NCBI GenBank assembly: GCA_025774935.1
Contig: JALGZK010000017.1
Location: 3,308-67,307 of the forward strand
Length of the DNA: 64,000 bases
Direction: 5' to 3'
Source: a bacterium
Lineage (GTDB): Bacteria > Joyebacterota > Joyebacteria > Joyebacterales > Joyebacteraceae
Numbering within the stretch: position 1 is the first letter of the stretch; every line of letters begins with the position of its first letter. Positions 8,598 through 17,648 of this stretch are shown here, in pieces. The translations under genes were made by a program, and so were the position numbers. The notes beneath the pieces are model-generated. The model made no database searches. It saw only the letters and a program-made list of their open reading frames with translations, and was not told the DNA's origin.

Positions 8598-9155
8598 CTA
8601 CCTATACAGACCCTTGATCCCGCTCCAGGTTGAAGCCTCGACCGGGCTCGAGGGCGCGTCGGTGCCCACGCCGAAGTTACTGAAGACGGTGGCCGTGTCG
8701 AGCAGGTTGTCGCAGTCGGAGATCACGAGCCCGTCGACGGGATGCTCCACGATCGTGATGGTGCCGGGCGTCCCCAGGTACAGGTACTGCACAGTCGCTA
8801 GCATCAGGTATCCGTTGGCATCCGGGAACTGGCACTCGGCCCCGGCCGTGATCGCCCAGCCGCCGGCCTCAACGTCGCCGAAGTCCAGGCCCGGAAGGAG
8901 ATTCGTCTGGGCCAGCTTGAACCCGCCGAACGTACGCTCGAACAGGAACGCTGCGCCGAGCGCTCCCCCGCCCGGTCCGAAGTTCTTCGCGACGACGTAC
9001 ACGTCGATCGTTCCGTTCGGAGCCGGATCGAGCCTGTTGTTCTCAGGCGGCGGCGGGTTGTTCGAGTCGCACCCGATCATGATGTTCGGGTTCTCGTCCG
9101 CCATCGCCGCGGTCGCGATGAACGCGACCAGCACTGCAGCCACCATGAACCTCAT
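8598..9155 (-). CDS. Small secreted protein, paralog family 1 (E, more divergent), tail SPVEASTWSGIKGLYR
   Basis: ATG at 9155 after GGAGGGAGGG. Signal MRFMVAAVLVAFIATAAMA-DE. Conserved core ERTFGGFKLAQTNLLPGLDFGDVEAGGWAITAGAECQFPDANG. Confidence 0.8.
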   Translation of the reverse strand: MRFMVAAVLVAFIATAAMADENPNIMIGCDSNNPPPPENNRLDPAPNGTIDVYVVAKNFGPGGGALGAAFLFERTFGGFKLAQTNLLPGLDFGDVEAGGWAITAGAECQFPDANGYLMLATVQYLYLGTPGTITIVEHPVDGLVISDCDNLLDTATVFSNFGVGTDAPSSPVEASTWSGIKGLYR

Positions 9156-9325
9156 TGTGTTCCCCTCCCTCCAACGAGGTTGTGATCATCAACTCATCGC
9201 ATTCGAGTGCTCTACAAACATCGCAGATGGTCGGTTCGTTCCTCACCTCCTTGGCCCCAACCACTTCCCGTTCGTTCTCTCTCGCTCTATAGGACGTGAC
9301 AGTCCGGTCGACCTTCAAGCGTCTT

Positions 9326-9402
9326 TGGTGGGCGAAACAGGACTCGAACCTGTGGCCCCCTGCGTGTAAGGCAGGTGCTCTAGCCAACTGAGCTATTCGC
9401 CC
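9326..9402 (-). tRNA. tRNA-Val (anticodon TAC) with encoded CCA
   Basis: Minus-strand sequence GGGCGAATAGCTCAGTTGGCTAGAGCACCTGCCTTACACGCAGGGGGCCACAGGTTCGAGTCCTGTTTCGCCCACCA folds as a cloverleaf with anticodon loop CTTACAC. Confidence 0.9.
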
Positions 9403-9592
9403 GGTCCTCGTCCGCCCCGTCTGCCGAGCGTGCCGGCCGGCCGCCCAGCATGATCCCGAGCGGAATCGCCACGCAGTACCCGACCACGAGGAGGATCGGG
9501 GCCAGCGTGAGCGACCCGGCCGCGAGCGTGAAATAGCCGGCGGCGATCAGCAGGATCCCGCAGGCGAACACTATGAGGTTCTTGGTCGACAT
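9380..9592 (-). CDS. Hypothetical small membrane protein (2 predicted TM helices); 3' end overlaps tRNA-Val, so doubtful
   Basis: ORF only; hydrophobic segments LIVFACGILLIAAGYFTLAAG and LAPILLVVGYCVAIPLGIML. Confidence 0.25.
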   Translation of the reverse strand: MSTKNLIVFACGILLIAAGYFTLAAGSLTLAPILLVVGYCVAIPLGIMLGGRPARSADGADEDRANSSVG

Positions 9593-9668
9593 CTAGACGA
9601 CCCCGGAAGTAGCGGCCCTCGATGCCCGAGCGCCTGCCCTGCCGATTCCTGCCCGACGGTGCAACCTA

Positions 9669-10826
9669 TCAACCGCCTTCACCACTGTCAAGCGAAAACT
9701 CCCCTGTTTCCGGGCCTTTCGGGACACTCTGGCGGTTGATTCGCTCCCGAGCCCGCACGTGCTCGTTGAAGGTCCTGGTGAAGGTGTGCGTGCCATCCCC
9801 GTTGGCCACGAAGAAGAAATCGTCGCTCCCACGAAGCGGATAGAGCGCGGCTTCGATCGACGCGCGTCCGGGATTCGAGATCGGGCCGGGCGGGAGTCCC
9901 GTGTTCCGGTAGGTGTTGTACGGAGACTCCGCCCTGAGATCCCCGTAGTAGAGCTTCCTGCGGTAGTTCCCCGTCGCGTACCTGACGGTCGGGTCCGCCT
10001 CGAGCCGCCACCCGCTCTCGAGCCGGTTGTGATAGACCGCCGAGATCCGGCTGCGCTCCCTGTCAAACATCGCCTCCGCCTCGATGATCGACGCCAGGGT
10101 GAGGACCTCGAGTTCGCTCATGCCCAGGCTCTCAGCGCGTGCCGCCCTCCGTTCGTCGAAGACCCGCCGGGTCTGCGCGACCATGATCCTGATCGCGTCC
10201 CGTCCCGTTGTGTTCAGCCTCATCCTGTAGGTGTCGGGGTGCAGGTAGCCCTCTAGTGATGGTGCCGTGATGCCGAGCTCGGTGATGAAGTCGGGGTCGT
10301 GAACGAGGTCCATGAACTCGCCGGCATCGATGCCGAGCGCGCTGTCGAGGAGCGCGGCGATCTCGGCCGCCCGGTAGCCTTCGGGAATCGTCAGATGCCG
10401 CCCGGCCACCTCGCCGTACCTGAGCGCCATCAGCACGTCGAGCTCCGAGAACTGGGGACCGAACTCGTACGCGCCTGCCTGGAGTCTGTCGGTGAACCTG
10501 AACACGCGCGCGGCCAGGACGAACTTGCCCGCGTCGCCCACGAGACCCGCGTCCTCGAGGATGCCCGCGATCTCCCGGACGCTCGCGCCCTCGGGGACCT
10601 CCACGAGAATCCGCGCGTCCGTCTCGTGAACCGAGAGGAGCCAGTGCACCTGGCTGAAGACCGCGAGCAGGAAGAGCCCGGTGACCACCACGGCCAGCGC
10701 GTCGCGAACGAACCAGAAGCGCCCGTAGCGTCCGCGGTGCTTGACCTCGGCGGCACGACGGCGCGCCGGTCGGCTCTCCTCTCTCCTTCTGTCGGTACCT
10801 TCCGCCAACACTGTCTCTCCGCTCAC
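9669..10826 (-). CDS. mltG: Endolytic murein transglycosylase MltG (YceG-like)
   Basis: C-terminal part of ORF 9669..11699 matches YceG family (N-terminal TM, LTIPEGY..., FFFVANGDGTHTF). GTG start at 10824-10826 overlaps the upstream TGA (GTGA). Confidence 0.8.
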   Translation of the reverse strand: MSGETVLAEGTDRRREESRPARRRAAEVKHRGRYGRFWFVRDALAVVVTGLFLLAVFSQVHWLLSVHETDARILVEVPEGASVREIAGILEDAGLVGDAGKFVLAARVFRFTDRLQAGAYEFGPQFSELDVLMALRYGEVAGRHLTIPEGYRAAEIAALLDSALGIDAGEFMDLVHDPDFITELGITAPSLEGYLHPDTYRMRLNTTGRDAIRIMVAQTRRVFDERRAARAESLGMSELEVLTLASIIEAEAMFDRERSRISAVYHNRLESGWRLEADPTVRYATGNYRRKLYYGDLRAESPYNTYRNTGLPPGPISNPGRASIEAALYPLRGSDDFFFVANGDGTHTFTRTFNEHVRARERINRQSVPKGPETGEFSLDSGEGG

Positions 10827-12223
10827 GGGCCCTTCGGCCTCGCGCCGGCTTCGTCGAGATAGCCCTGCAGGATCACGGACGCGGCGATCTGGTCGACGCG
10901 CCCCTTGCGGCCGCGCGACCTCTCGCCACGCTCCCTCATCACGCGCTCCGCCTCCGCGCTCGAGAGGCGCTCGTCCCGGAGGACGACTCGCGCCCGGGCG
11001 GCGTCCTCGATTGCGACGGCGAGCTCCCGGGCGCGGACCGCCCTCGGGCCGACGCTCCCGTCCATCCGGATCGGGTAGCCGACCACGACCGTGTCGGCGT
11101 CGTGCTCCCGGACGACCTCGGCCACGGCAGCAGCGACGGCGCGGTCGCCCTCCATCTCGAGGGTCGGAAGGGGACTCGCGAGCAGCCTCCCCTCGTCGCT
11201 CAGGGCAAGCCCCACTCGGGCCTCGCCGGGATCGACGCCCACGGCCCTCCGCGACTCGCCGTCGGGGAACCGCAGAAGCGAGAGGAGGCCGGCGAAGTCG
11301 TCGGGCAGTGGCGCTGCGAACCGCATCGACTCGCCCGACGCAGGATGCTCGAAGGCGAGACCTCGTGCGTGGAGCGCCTGCCTCAGAGCGGCCGCGTTCA
11401 GTCTCTTCGCGTCGCGGCGGAAGTGCGGAGGGACGTCTGCGAACGACTTCCGCACGCCGCCGTAGTCGGCGTCCCCGACCACGGGGTGATGGAGGTGCGC
11501 CACGTGGACGCGGATCTGGTGCGTCCGGCCGGTCCGGGGACTGAGCTCCACCAGGCTCGCCACCGGGTACTCCTCCCTCGCCTTCCAGCCGGTGACCGCG
11601 TCGCGTCCGTCGGTCGTCACCCACATGCGCTTCCTGTCGGACCGGCGGCGCCCGACGGGCTCGTCGATCGTGCCCTCGGTCCCGCCGAGACTGCCCCACA
11701 GGATCGCGAGGTAGCGCTTGCTCACGCGCCGTTCCTGGAACGCCTCCGCGAGCGCGCGGTGTGCGGCGTCGTTCTTCGCGACGACGATGACTCCCGAGGT
11801 GTCTCTGTCCAGCCGGTGGACGATCCCCGGGCGAAGGGCGCCGCCCGCTTCGGAGAGCGCCGCGCCGCGGCCGAGGAGCGCGTTCACGAGCGTCCCCGAC
11901 GCCGCGCCGGGCGCTGGGTGAACGACCATGCCCGCTGGCTTGTTCACCACGACGATGTCGTCGTCCTCGTACAGCACGTCGAGCGGGATGTCCTCGGGGT
12001 CGGCGCGGAGCGCCTCGAACTCGGGGACGTCGGCCTCGATCACGTCGCCGGGCGCGATCCGCGCGCTCGGCTTCGCCTGCTCGCCGTTCAGCGTGACCAG
12101 GCCCGCGAGGATGATCTCCTTGGCCCGGGTCCTCGAGAGCGAGGGCGTCTGTTCGCCAAGGAAGTGATCGAGCCTGTCCGTCGGTGCGTCGTCGGGGACC
12201 ACGAGGACGATCCGGCTCTTCAT
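10823..12223 (-). CDS. rluD: In-frame fusion: 23S rRNA pseudouridine synthase RluD (N-terminal, S4 + RluA catalytic domain) with YqgF/RuvX putative pre-16S rRNA nuclease/Holliday-junction resolvase (C-terminal)
   Basis: ATG 12221-12223 (MKSRIVLVV..., overlaps lspA stop as ATGA). RluA motifs HRLDRDTSGVIVVAKN. Continues without stop into RuvX-like VGVDPGEARVGLALSDEG ... TVVVGYP ... DERLSSAEAE. Confidence 0.75.
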   Translation of the reverse strand: MKSRIVLVVPDDAPTDRLDHFLGEQTPSLSRTRAKEIILAGLVTLNGEQAKPSARIAPGDVIEADVPEFEALRADPEDIPLDVLYEDDDIVVVNKPAGMVVHPAPGAASGTLVNALLGRGAALSEAGGALRPGIVHRLDRDTSGVIVVAKNDAAHRALAEAFQERRVSKRYLAILWGSLGGTEGTIDEPVGRRRSDRKRMWVTTDGRDAVTGWKAREEYPVASLVELSPRTGRTHQIRVHVAHLHHPVVGDADYGGVRKSFADVPPHFRRDAKRLNAAALRQALHARGLAFEHPASGESMRFAAPLPDDFAGLLSLLRFPDGESRRAVGVDPGEARVGLALSDEGRLLASPLPTLEMEGDRAVAAAVAEVVREHDADTVVVGYPIRMDGSVGPRAVRARELAVAIEDAARARVVLRDERLSSAEAERVMRERGERSRGRKGRVDQIAASVILQGYLDEAGARPKGP

Positions 12224-12795
12224 GACGAGTCCCGGTCGGAGGGCGCGTCGAGGCGCGGGTCGGGCGCCCCGCCCCCGTCGAGCACGGGTCGGGAGAAGAA
12301 CACGAGGTTGACGGCCAGCAGGATGACGCCGACCGTGATGGCGCTGTCGGCGATGTTGAAGGCGGGCCACCTGAGCTCGCCGAACCCGAAGTCCAGGAAG
12401 TCGACGACGGCGCCGGAACGCACGCGGTCGATGAGGTTCCCGACGGCGCCGCCCAGGACGAGCCCGAAGGCGAGCTGCTCCCAGCGCTTCATGCGGGCGA
12501 TCTCGCGCCTGAACGCGATGATCGCGATGGCGGCGGCGAGCGAGATGACGATAAACCACGTGCCGCGGCCCCGGAACATCCCGAAGGCCGCGCCCGTGTT
12601 CTCGGTTCGTGTCAGGCGGAAGAACGAGCCCCAGACGTCCACGGACTCGCCCATACGCATTGTGCGGACGACCAGCCCCTTGACGATGCGATCGGACACG
12701 ACGATGACGAGGGCGGTCGCGAACAGCCTGAGCTGCGCGCCGACGACGCCCCGACGAATCGGGGCGGCCGCCGGGCTAGCGCTCGAGCGATCCAT
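12220..12795 (-). CDS. lspA: Lipoprotein signal peptidase II
   Basis: LspA family motifs (RTENTGAAFGM, FNIADSAITVG). True start may be internal. Confidence 0.8.
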   Translation of the reverse strand: MDRSSASPAAAPIRRGVVGAQLRLFATALVIVVSDRIVKGLVVRTMRMGESVDVWGSFFRLTRTENTGAAFGMFRGRGTWFIVISLAAAIAIIAFRREIARMKRWEQLAFGLVLGGAVGNLIDRVRSGAVVDFLDFGFGELRWPAFNIADSAITVGVILLAVNLVFFSRPVLDGGGAPDPRLDAPSDRDSS

Positions 12796-13159
12796 TCTCC
12801 TCGGCCTTCTTGCAATCGATGCAGAGGCGCGCGTGCGGCACGACCTCTAGCCGCGGCTTCTGGATCTGCTTGCCGCAACCGAGGCAGCACCCGTACGTCC
12901 CGTCCCTGAGCCGCGCGATCGCCTCGTCGATATGATAGAGGAGCCTGCCCTCGGCGGACGCCATGTGGTACGCCTTCTCCCTCTCTTCGGCATCGCTGGC
13001 CTGATCCGCCATGTGCACCGAGTAGGCGGAGAGATCGCCCGCCGCGTCCCGTTGCGAGTTGTTGAAGATCTTGTCCTCGAAGTGGCCGAGTTCCTTCATC
13101 AGCTTCAGCCGCTCCTCGATGAGCCGCTCCTCGAAGTGCTTGATGTCCCTCTTGTTCAC
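12776..13159 (-). CDS. dksA: DksA/TraR-family C4 zinc-finger transcription factor
   Basis: C-terminal CCLGCGKQIQKPRLEVVPHARLCIDCKK zinc finger plus coiled-coil N-terminus. Confidence 0.8.
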   Translation of the reverse strand: MNKRDIKHFEERLIEERLKLMKELGHFEDKIFNNSQRDAAGDLSAYSVHMADQASDAEEREKAYHMASAEGRLLYHIDEAIARLRDGTYGCCLGCGKQIQKPRLEVVPHARLCIDCKKAEENGSLER

Positions 13160-13202
13160 TTTTCACCTCCGGCGCGAGAGCTCCGGGGTCTCCCCGGCCG
13201 CC

Positions 13203-16200
13203 TCACTCAGACCGCGCCACGGCGATCCTCGCCCGTTCACCGTTCACGTCCCATTCACGCTCGAGGTCGCCAGCCTCCTTGCTCTCGACGATGCTCTCCG
13301 CCAGCGTCTCCTTCGCGACTCGCGCCGCGAAGCACTCCATTGCCGCCTTGAGCCTCGGCCCCGCCTCGTAGTAGACGTGGATCCTGTCCACAACGTCGAA
13401 GCCGGCCTCCTTCCTCATGAACTGTATCTTGTTGATCATCTCACGCGCGAACCCCTCGTCCCTCAGCTCGTCGGTGATCTCGGTGTCGAGCCCCACGGTG
13501 AGGTCGCCGTCGGACTGGACAGCGAGCCCCTCCCTCGCCACGCTCTCGATCTCGACGTCCGAGGGCTCGACGACCGCGACGTCCTCACCCACGGGCACGT
13601 TCACGTTCGAACCTCCGCCGAGCGCCGCGACGTCCTCGGGAGGCATGCTCTTGATCGCCTCCGCGACGACGTTCACGTCCTTCCCGTGCTTCGGCCCGAG
13701 AGCGGGGAAGACCGGCACCGCTCTGAGCTGCGAGAGGTCGTCGCCCTCCGCCCACACGAGCTCCTTCACGTTCAGCTCCGCAAGGATGAGCTCCGAGAGC
13801 GCGGCCACGCCCTCCCTCCGCTCCTCCGCGACGCCCGCAACGTGGATCGTCGAGAGGGGCTGCCTCACCTTGAGCCCGACCGCGTTCCTCGCGGCCCGCC
13901 CGAGGACTACCACCGACCTCGCCGCCTCCATCGCGGCCTCGAGCTCCTCGTCGATCGCCCCGGCCTCCGGGAAGTCGCAGAGGTGCACGCTCGCAGGACC
14001 CTCGAGATTCCCGCCCTCACGGAGCCTGCGGTAGACCGCGTCCGAGAGGAACGGCGCCGCGGGGGCCATGGCCTTCGCCGTCGCGAGGAGCGCCTCGTGG
14101 AGCGTCGAGTAGGCCGACATCTTGTCCTCGTCCATCTCGCCCTTCCAGAACCGGGAACGCGACAGCCGCACGTACCAGTTCGAAAGGTCCTCGATGACGA
14201 ACGTCTGGAGCCTCCTTACCGCCTTCGTGATGTCGTACGACTCCATGCTCGCCCGCGCCGCCGCGATCGCGCTCGCCGTGCGCGAAGCGATCCAGCGGTC
14301 GATCACGGGTCGCCGCTCGGGCGGCACGGAGTGCTCAGACGGGTCGAACCCGTCGATATTCGCATAGAGCGAAAAGAAGCTGTAGGTGTTCCTGAGAGTG
14401 TCCAGGAACCTGCCCGCGACCTCCTTCGGGCCGTTCTCGTCGAACCGGGTCGCGAGCCACGGCGGACTCGTGGACATGAGGTACCAACGGAGCGCGTCGG
14501 CACCGTCCCGATCCATGATCGCGAACGAGTCGGCGATGTTGCCGACCGACTTCGACATCTTCTTGCCCTCGATGTCGAGAACCATGTCGTTCACGACGCA
14601 GCGCTTGAACGACGACTGGCCGGAGATGATCGTGGAGATCGCGAGGAGCGAGTAGAACCACCCGCGCGTCTGGTCGACGCCCTCGGCGATGAAGTCGGCC
14701 GGGAAGTGCGTCTCGAACACCTCCTCGTTCTCGAACGGCCAGTGGAACTGCGCGTACGGCATGCTCCCCGTGTCGAACCAGCAGTCGATCACCTCGGGCG
14801 TCCGGGTCATCACGCCCCCACACTTCCCGCACGAGAGCTTGACCTCGTCGACCCAAGGCTTGTGGAGGTCGATGTCGTCGTGGAACCCCTCGACGGCCCT
14901 CTCCCCGAGCTCCGCGACGCTCCCGACGCTCGTCCTCTCCCCGCACGCGTCGCAGATCCAGATGTTCAGAGGCGTGCCCCAGTACCGGTCTCGCGAGACC
15001 GCCCAGTCGACGTTGTTCTCGAGCCAGTCCCCGAGACGGTTCAGGCCGATCTCCTTCGGGTGCCAGTCGATCTCGCGGTTGATCCTGAGCATGTCGTCCT
15101 TGAACTGCGTCGTCTTCACGTACCAGGAGTTCCTCGCGTAATACACCAGCGGCGAGTCGCACCGCCAGCAGAACGGATACGTGTGCACGATCGTCCCGCT
15201 CTTGTAGAGGAGGCCGCGCTCCTCGAGGTCCTCGAGGATCAGGGGGTCCGCGTCCTTGATGAACATCCCGGCCCAGGGCTTCACCTCAGCCGTGAGCTTC
15301 CCCGCCTCGTCGACGGGCTGCACGAACGGCAGGTCGTGTTCCCTCCCGACGCGGTAGTCGTCCTCGCCGAACGCGGGCGCGACGTGAACGATGCCCGTGC
15401 CGTCCTCGAGCGTGACGAAGTCGCCGCTCAGAACGTAGTGGCCCTTCTTGTCAACGGGCACGAACGAGTAGAGCGGCTCGTACTCCTTCCCCATGAGGTC
15501 GAGACCCATGCACCTGTCGACGACCTCGTGGTCCTCCTCGATCACGGAGAGGAGCGCCTCTGCCAGGATGAGGTTCTCGTCCCCGACCTTCACCTTGACG
15601 TAGTTCTCTGTCGGGGCGACGGCGAGTGCGACGTTCGAGATGAGCGTCCACGGCGTCGTCGTCCAGACGAGGAACGACGTGTCGGGCTCGTCCTTGAGAC
15701 GCATCCTCACGAAGACCGATGGGTCCTTCGCGTCGGCGTAGCCCTGCGCGACCTCGTGGCTCGAGAGCGGCGTCCCGCAGCGCGGGCAGTACGGGAGGAT
15801 CTTGTGGCCGAGATAGATGAGGTCCCGGTCCCACATGTTCTTGAGGATGTGCCAGACGGACTCGATGTAGTCGTTCGTGCAGGTGACGTACGGATCCGAG
15901 AGATCGATCCAGTACGCCATGCGCCTGGTGAGGCGGTCCCACTCGTCCTTGTACACGAAGACGCTCGAGCGGCAGCTTGCCGCGAACTCGGCGACGCCGT
16001 AGTCCTCGATGTCGTCCTTCGTCTCGAGTCCGAGTTGCTTCTCCACTTCGATCTCGACGGGGAGACCGTGCGTGTCCCAGCCGGCCTTCCGTTCGACGAG
16101 GTGGCCGGTCATCGTCTTGTAGCGACAGACGATGTCCTTGACCGTCCGGGCGAGAACGTGGTGCGCCCCCGGGTGTCCGTTCGCGGTGGGCGGCCCCTCA

Positions 16201-16427
16201 TAGAAGACAAACCGGGGCGCTCCCGAGCGTCCGGTGACGCTCTCCTGGAAGGTCCCCTCGGCCTCCCAGCGCTCGAGCGTCTCAACCTCGAGCTCCGGGA
16301 GCGACTGCCCTTTTGGAAACTCTCTGTAAGGCATTCTCTGTCTCTCCCCCGTCGGGGGGCCGTCCGTACCGGCGAGGCGCCCCGACGAATCGTCGGGCGC
16401 CTTGCGGGCCCGACTACATCTCGGCAA
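13203..16427 (-). CDS. ileS: Isoleucine--tRNA ligase
   Basis: 1074 aa, HIGH-type motif (PPTANGHPGAHH), KMSKS present, class I editing-type synthetase length. Confidence 0.9.
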   Translation of the reverse strand: MPRCSRARKAPDDSSGRLAGTDGPPTGERQRMPYREFPKGQSLPELEVETLERWEAEGTFQESVTGRSGAPRFVFYEGPPTANGHPGAHHVLARTVKDIVCRYKTMTGHLVERKAGWDTHGLPVEIEVEKQLGLETKDDIEDYGVAEFAASCRSSVFVYKDEWDRLTRRMAYWIDLSDPYVTCTNDYIESVWHILKNMWDRDLIYLGHKILPYCPRCGTPLSSHEVAQGYADAKDPSVFVRMRLKDEPDTSFLVWTTTPWTLISNVALAVAPTENYVKVKVGDENLILAEALLSVIEEDHEVVDRCMGLDLMGKEYEPLYSFVPVDKKGHYVLSGDFVTLEDGTGIVHVAPAFGEDDYRVGREHDLPFVQPVDEAGKLTAEVKPWAGMFIKDADPLILEDLEERGLLYKSGTIVHTYPFCWRCDSPLVYYARNSWYVKTTQFKDDMLRINREIDWHPKEIGLNRLGDWLENNVDWAVSRDRYWGTPLNIWICDACGERTSVGSVAELGERAVEGFHDDIDLHKPWVDEVKLSCGKCGGVMTRTPEVIDCWFDTGSMPYAQFHWPFENEEVFETHFPADFIAEGVDQTRGWFYSLLAISTIISGQSSFKRCVVNDMVLDIEGKKMSKSVGNIADSFAIMDRDGADALRWYLMSTSPPWLATRFDENGPKEVAGRFLDTLRNTYSFFSLYANIDGFDPSEHSVPPERRPVIDRWIASRTASAIAAARASMESYDITKAVRRLQTFVIEDLSNWYVRLSRSRFWKGEMDEDKMSAYSTLHEALLATAKAMAPAAPFLSDAVYRRLREGGNLEGPASVHLCDFPEAGAIDEELEAAMEAARSVVVLGRAARNAVGLKVRQPLSTIHVAGVAEERREGVAALSELILAELNVKELVWAEGDDLSQLRAVPVFPALGPKHGKDVNVVAEAIKSMPPEDVAALGGGSNVNVPVGEDVAVVEPSDVEIESVAREGLAVQSDGDLTVGLDTEITDELRDEGFAREMINKIQFMRKEAGFDVVDRIHVYYEAGPRLKAAMECFAARVAKETLAESIVESKEAGDLEREWDVNGERARIAVARSE

Positions 16428-17244
16428 TCATCCTGAACACGAGTTGCGTGAGGTTCGGTTCGGCCTTGCGCGCGATCTTGAGAATCTCGCGGTGGCTCGC
16501 GGGCTCTAGCGCGTCCGGCAGGCACAGGTCGGTCACGACCGCGAAGCCCGCGACGCGCATCTTCCCGTGGATCGCGACGATGTTCTCGGCGACCATCGAC
16601 ATGCTGACGACGTCGCCGCCGATCATTCTGAGGAACCTGTACTCCGCGGCCGTCTCGAGATTGGGCCCCGCGACCCCGATGAAGACACCCTTCCGCAGCT
16701 GGATCTTCTCGTCGAGCGCGATCTCCTCGGCGAGCTTCACGTACTCGCGGTCGTAGGGCTGGGACATGTCGGGGAACCGCGGACCCAGACTATCGTCGTT
16801 CGGTCCGATGAGCGGGTTGTCGCCCGTGAGGTTGATCTGGTCGACGATCGCGACGATGTCGCCCTTCTCGTGGAGGGGGTTCATTCCGCCCGCCGCGCAC
16901 GTCAGGATGAGCTTCCGCGCTCCCAGCGCCCTCAGGACGCGGATCGGGAAGGTCACCTCCTGCATCGTGTAGCCCTCGTAGTAATGGACGCGGCCGTTCA
17001 TGAGGGCGACGCGCTTCCGGCCGATCTTCCCGAGCACGAGCTCGCCGGCGTGCCCCTCGACACCCGACTTCGGGAAGTGCGGGATCTTGTCGAAGGGGAT
17101 CGTCGCCTCGACCTCCATGTGGCTCGACAGGTTCCCGAGGCCGCTTCCGAGAACCACTGCGACCTGGGGCTTCAGGGCCGTCTTCTTCCTTATGAAGGAG
17201 ACGGCCTTGTCGATCTTCTGCGAGAGCGTCAGCGTTTTGGCCAT
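16414..17244 (-). CDS. Purine nucleoside phosphorylase (trimeric PNP family)
   Basis: 276 aa with PNP family I signature regions (VVLGSGLG, GRVHYYEG, SMSMVAENIVAIH). Confidence 0.8.
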   Translation of the reverse strand: MAKTLTLSQKIDKAVSFIRKKTALKPQVAVVLGSGLGNLSSHMEVEATIPFDKIPHFPKSGVEGHAGELVLGKIGRKRVALMNGRVHYYEGYTMQEVTFPIRVLRALGARKLILTCAAGGMNPLHEKGDIVAIVDQINLTGDNPLIGPNDDSLGPRFPDMSQPYDREYVKLAEEIALDEKIQLRKGVFIGVAGPNLETAAEYRFLRMIGGDVVSMSMVAENIVAIHGKMRVAGFAVVTDLCLPDALEPASHREILKIARKAEPNLTQLVFRMIAEM

Positions 17245-17302
17245 TCTTCCACCTCCGCGCCGGGGTGCTACGCCCGGCTGCTGCGCCGGAGTGCCGCCCC
17301 GG

Positions 17303-17605
17303 CTACTGCGCCCGCTCCGCGAGCTGGTAGAGCGTGCGCACGAGGAACTTCTGCACGAAGTAGAGCGCGAAGAACGCGATGATCGGCGACAGGTCGAACC
17401 CGCCCTGGACGAGAATCGGGAATCTCCTTCTGAGCCTCCCGAGGAGCGGTTCGGTGATCCGCCTCAGGAAGAGCACGATCGGGTGCATCGACCTCGGCGC
17501 AAACCACGACACCACGACCACCGCAAAGATCGCGAGGATGTAGAGGAAGACCGCGATGTCGATGATCTGCGCGAGCGCGCTCAGGAGGTTCGCCAGCACG
17601 AACAT
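17303..17605 (-). CDS. yggT: YggT family membrane protein
   Basis: 100 aa, multi-TM, adjacent to yggS as in conserved cell-division neighbourhood. Confidence 0.75.
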   Translation of the reverse strand: MFVLANLLSALAQIIDIAVFLYILAIFAVVVVSWFAPRSMHPIVLFLRRITEPLLGRLRRRFPILVQGGFDLSPIIAFFALYFVQKFLVRTLYQLAERAQ

Positions 17606-17648
17606 CCGCCCTCCTCCGTCGGCCGTCCGGCGTCAGCGCGCCGGCCCT

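Noticed and set aside
4946-9155. Interpreting the shared tail as a canonical T9SS C-terminal domain
   Set aside because: Conservation between the two families is restricted to ~15 terminal residues, far shorter than the 70-100-aa Ig-like T9SS CTD, and no other T9SS genes are visible. Kept only as an analogy.
4946-9155. Possibility that the repeated ~600-bp units are a CRISPR array or mobile-element repeats
   Set aside because: Units are full protein-coding genes with signal peptides, individual RBSs and terminators. No short direct repeats with spacers, transposase or integrase genes, or inverted terminal repeats were seen.
9043-9387. 114-aa ORF overlapping the tRNA-Val locus
   Set aside because: Overlaps the tRNA on the same strand, no RBS, low-complexity composition.
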